Shown here: positions 63,961-64,000 of the stretch, piece after piece
Layout of the letters: every line of letters starts with the position of its first letter
Numbering within the stretch: the stretch's first letter is position 1
Source of the DNA: Tubulanus polymorphus
Taxonomy: Eukaryota > Animalia > Nemertea
Direction: 5' to 3'
Length of the DNA: 64,000 bases
Assembly (NCBI RefSeq): GCF_964204645.1
Contig: NC_134029.1
Location: 7,068,001-7,132,000, forward strand
Notes under the pieces: generated by a model
The model's database searches: none
Seen by the model: only the letters and a program-made list of their open reading frames with translations
What the model was told of the DNA's origin: nothing
Made by a program: the position numbers and the translations under genes

Positions 63961-64000
63961 GAAAATAAGATTCTGCAACAATCTGAAATTTGTAAGCGAC

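Overview
Eukaryotic, AT-rich, spliced (GT-AG) invertebrate genomic DNA, probably a spiralian/lophotrochozoan bilaterian (inferred, not proven). There are no prokaryotic features. Left to right: (1) an intronless 479-aa charged/disordered protein gene whose C-terminus resembles a calmodulin-binding helix; (2) a 3-exon Ly6/three-finger (quiver/sleepless-like) gene with a GPI-type tail and very long loops; (3) a complete 4-exon Phox2 paired-like homeobox gene inside large non-coding flanks; (4) a ~31 kb region without recognisable host protein-coding exons, containing MITEs, LINE 3' ends, a tRNA-derived SINE and enhancer-like DNA; (5) a single-coding-exon class A GPCR of the FMRFamide/sex-peptide-receptor-like group; (6) on the minus strand, the 3' part of a furin-like proprotein convertase. 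The most notable observation concerns that convertase. It has two same-phase exons that each re-encode the last P-domain strand (LQEWHLVMYGT and LKEWTLVIHGT). One leads into a Ser/Thr stalk and probably on to a Cys-rich/TM/sorting-tail exon. The other, missed by the ORF track, ends in a GPI-signal-like tail. A decayed GPCR pseudogene and self-nesting Harbinger-like MITEs lie in its intron. All calls were made by eye; no searches were run.
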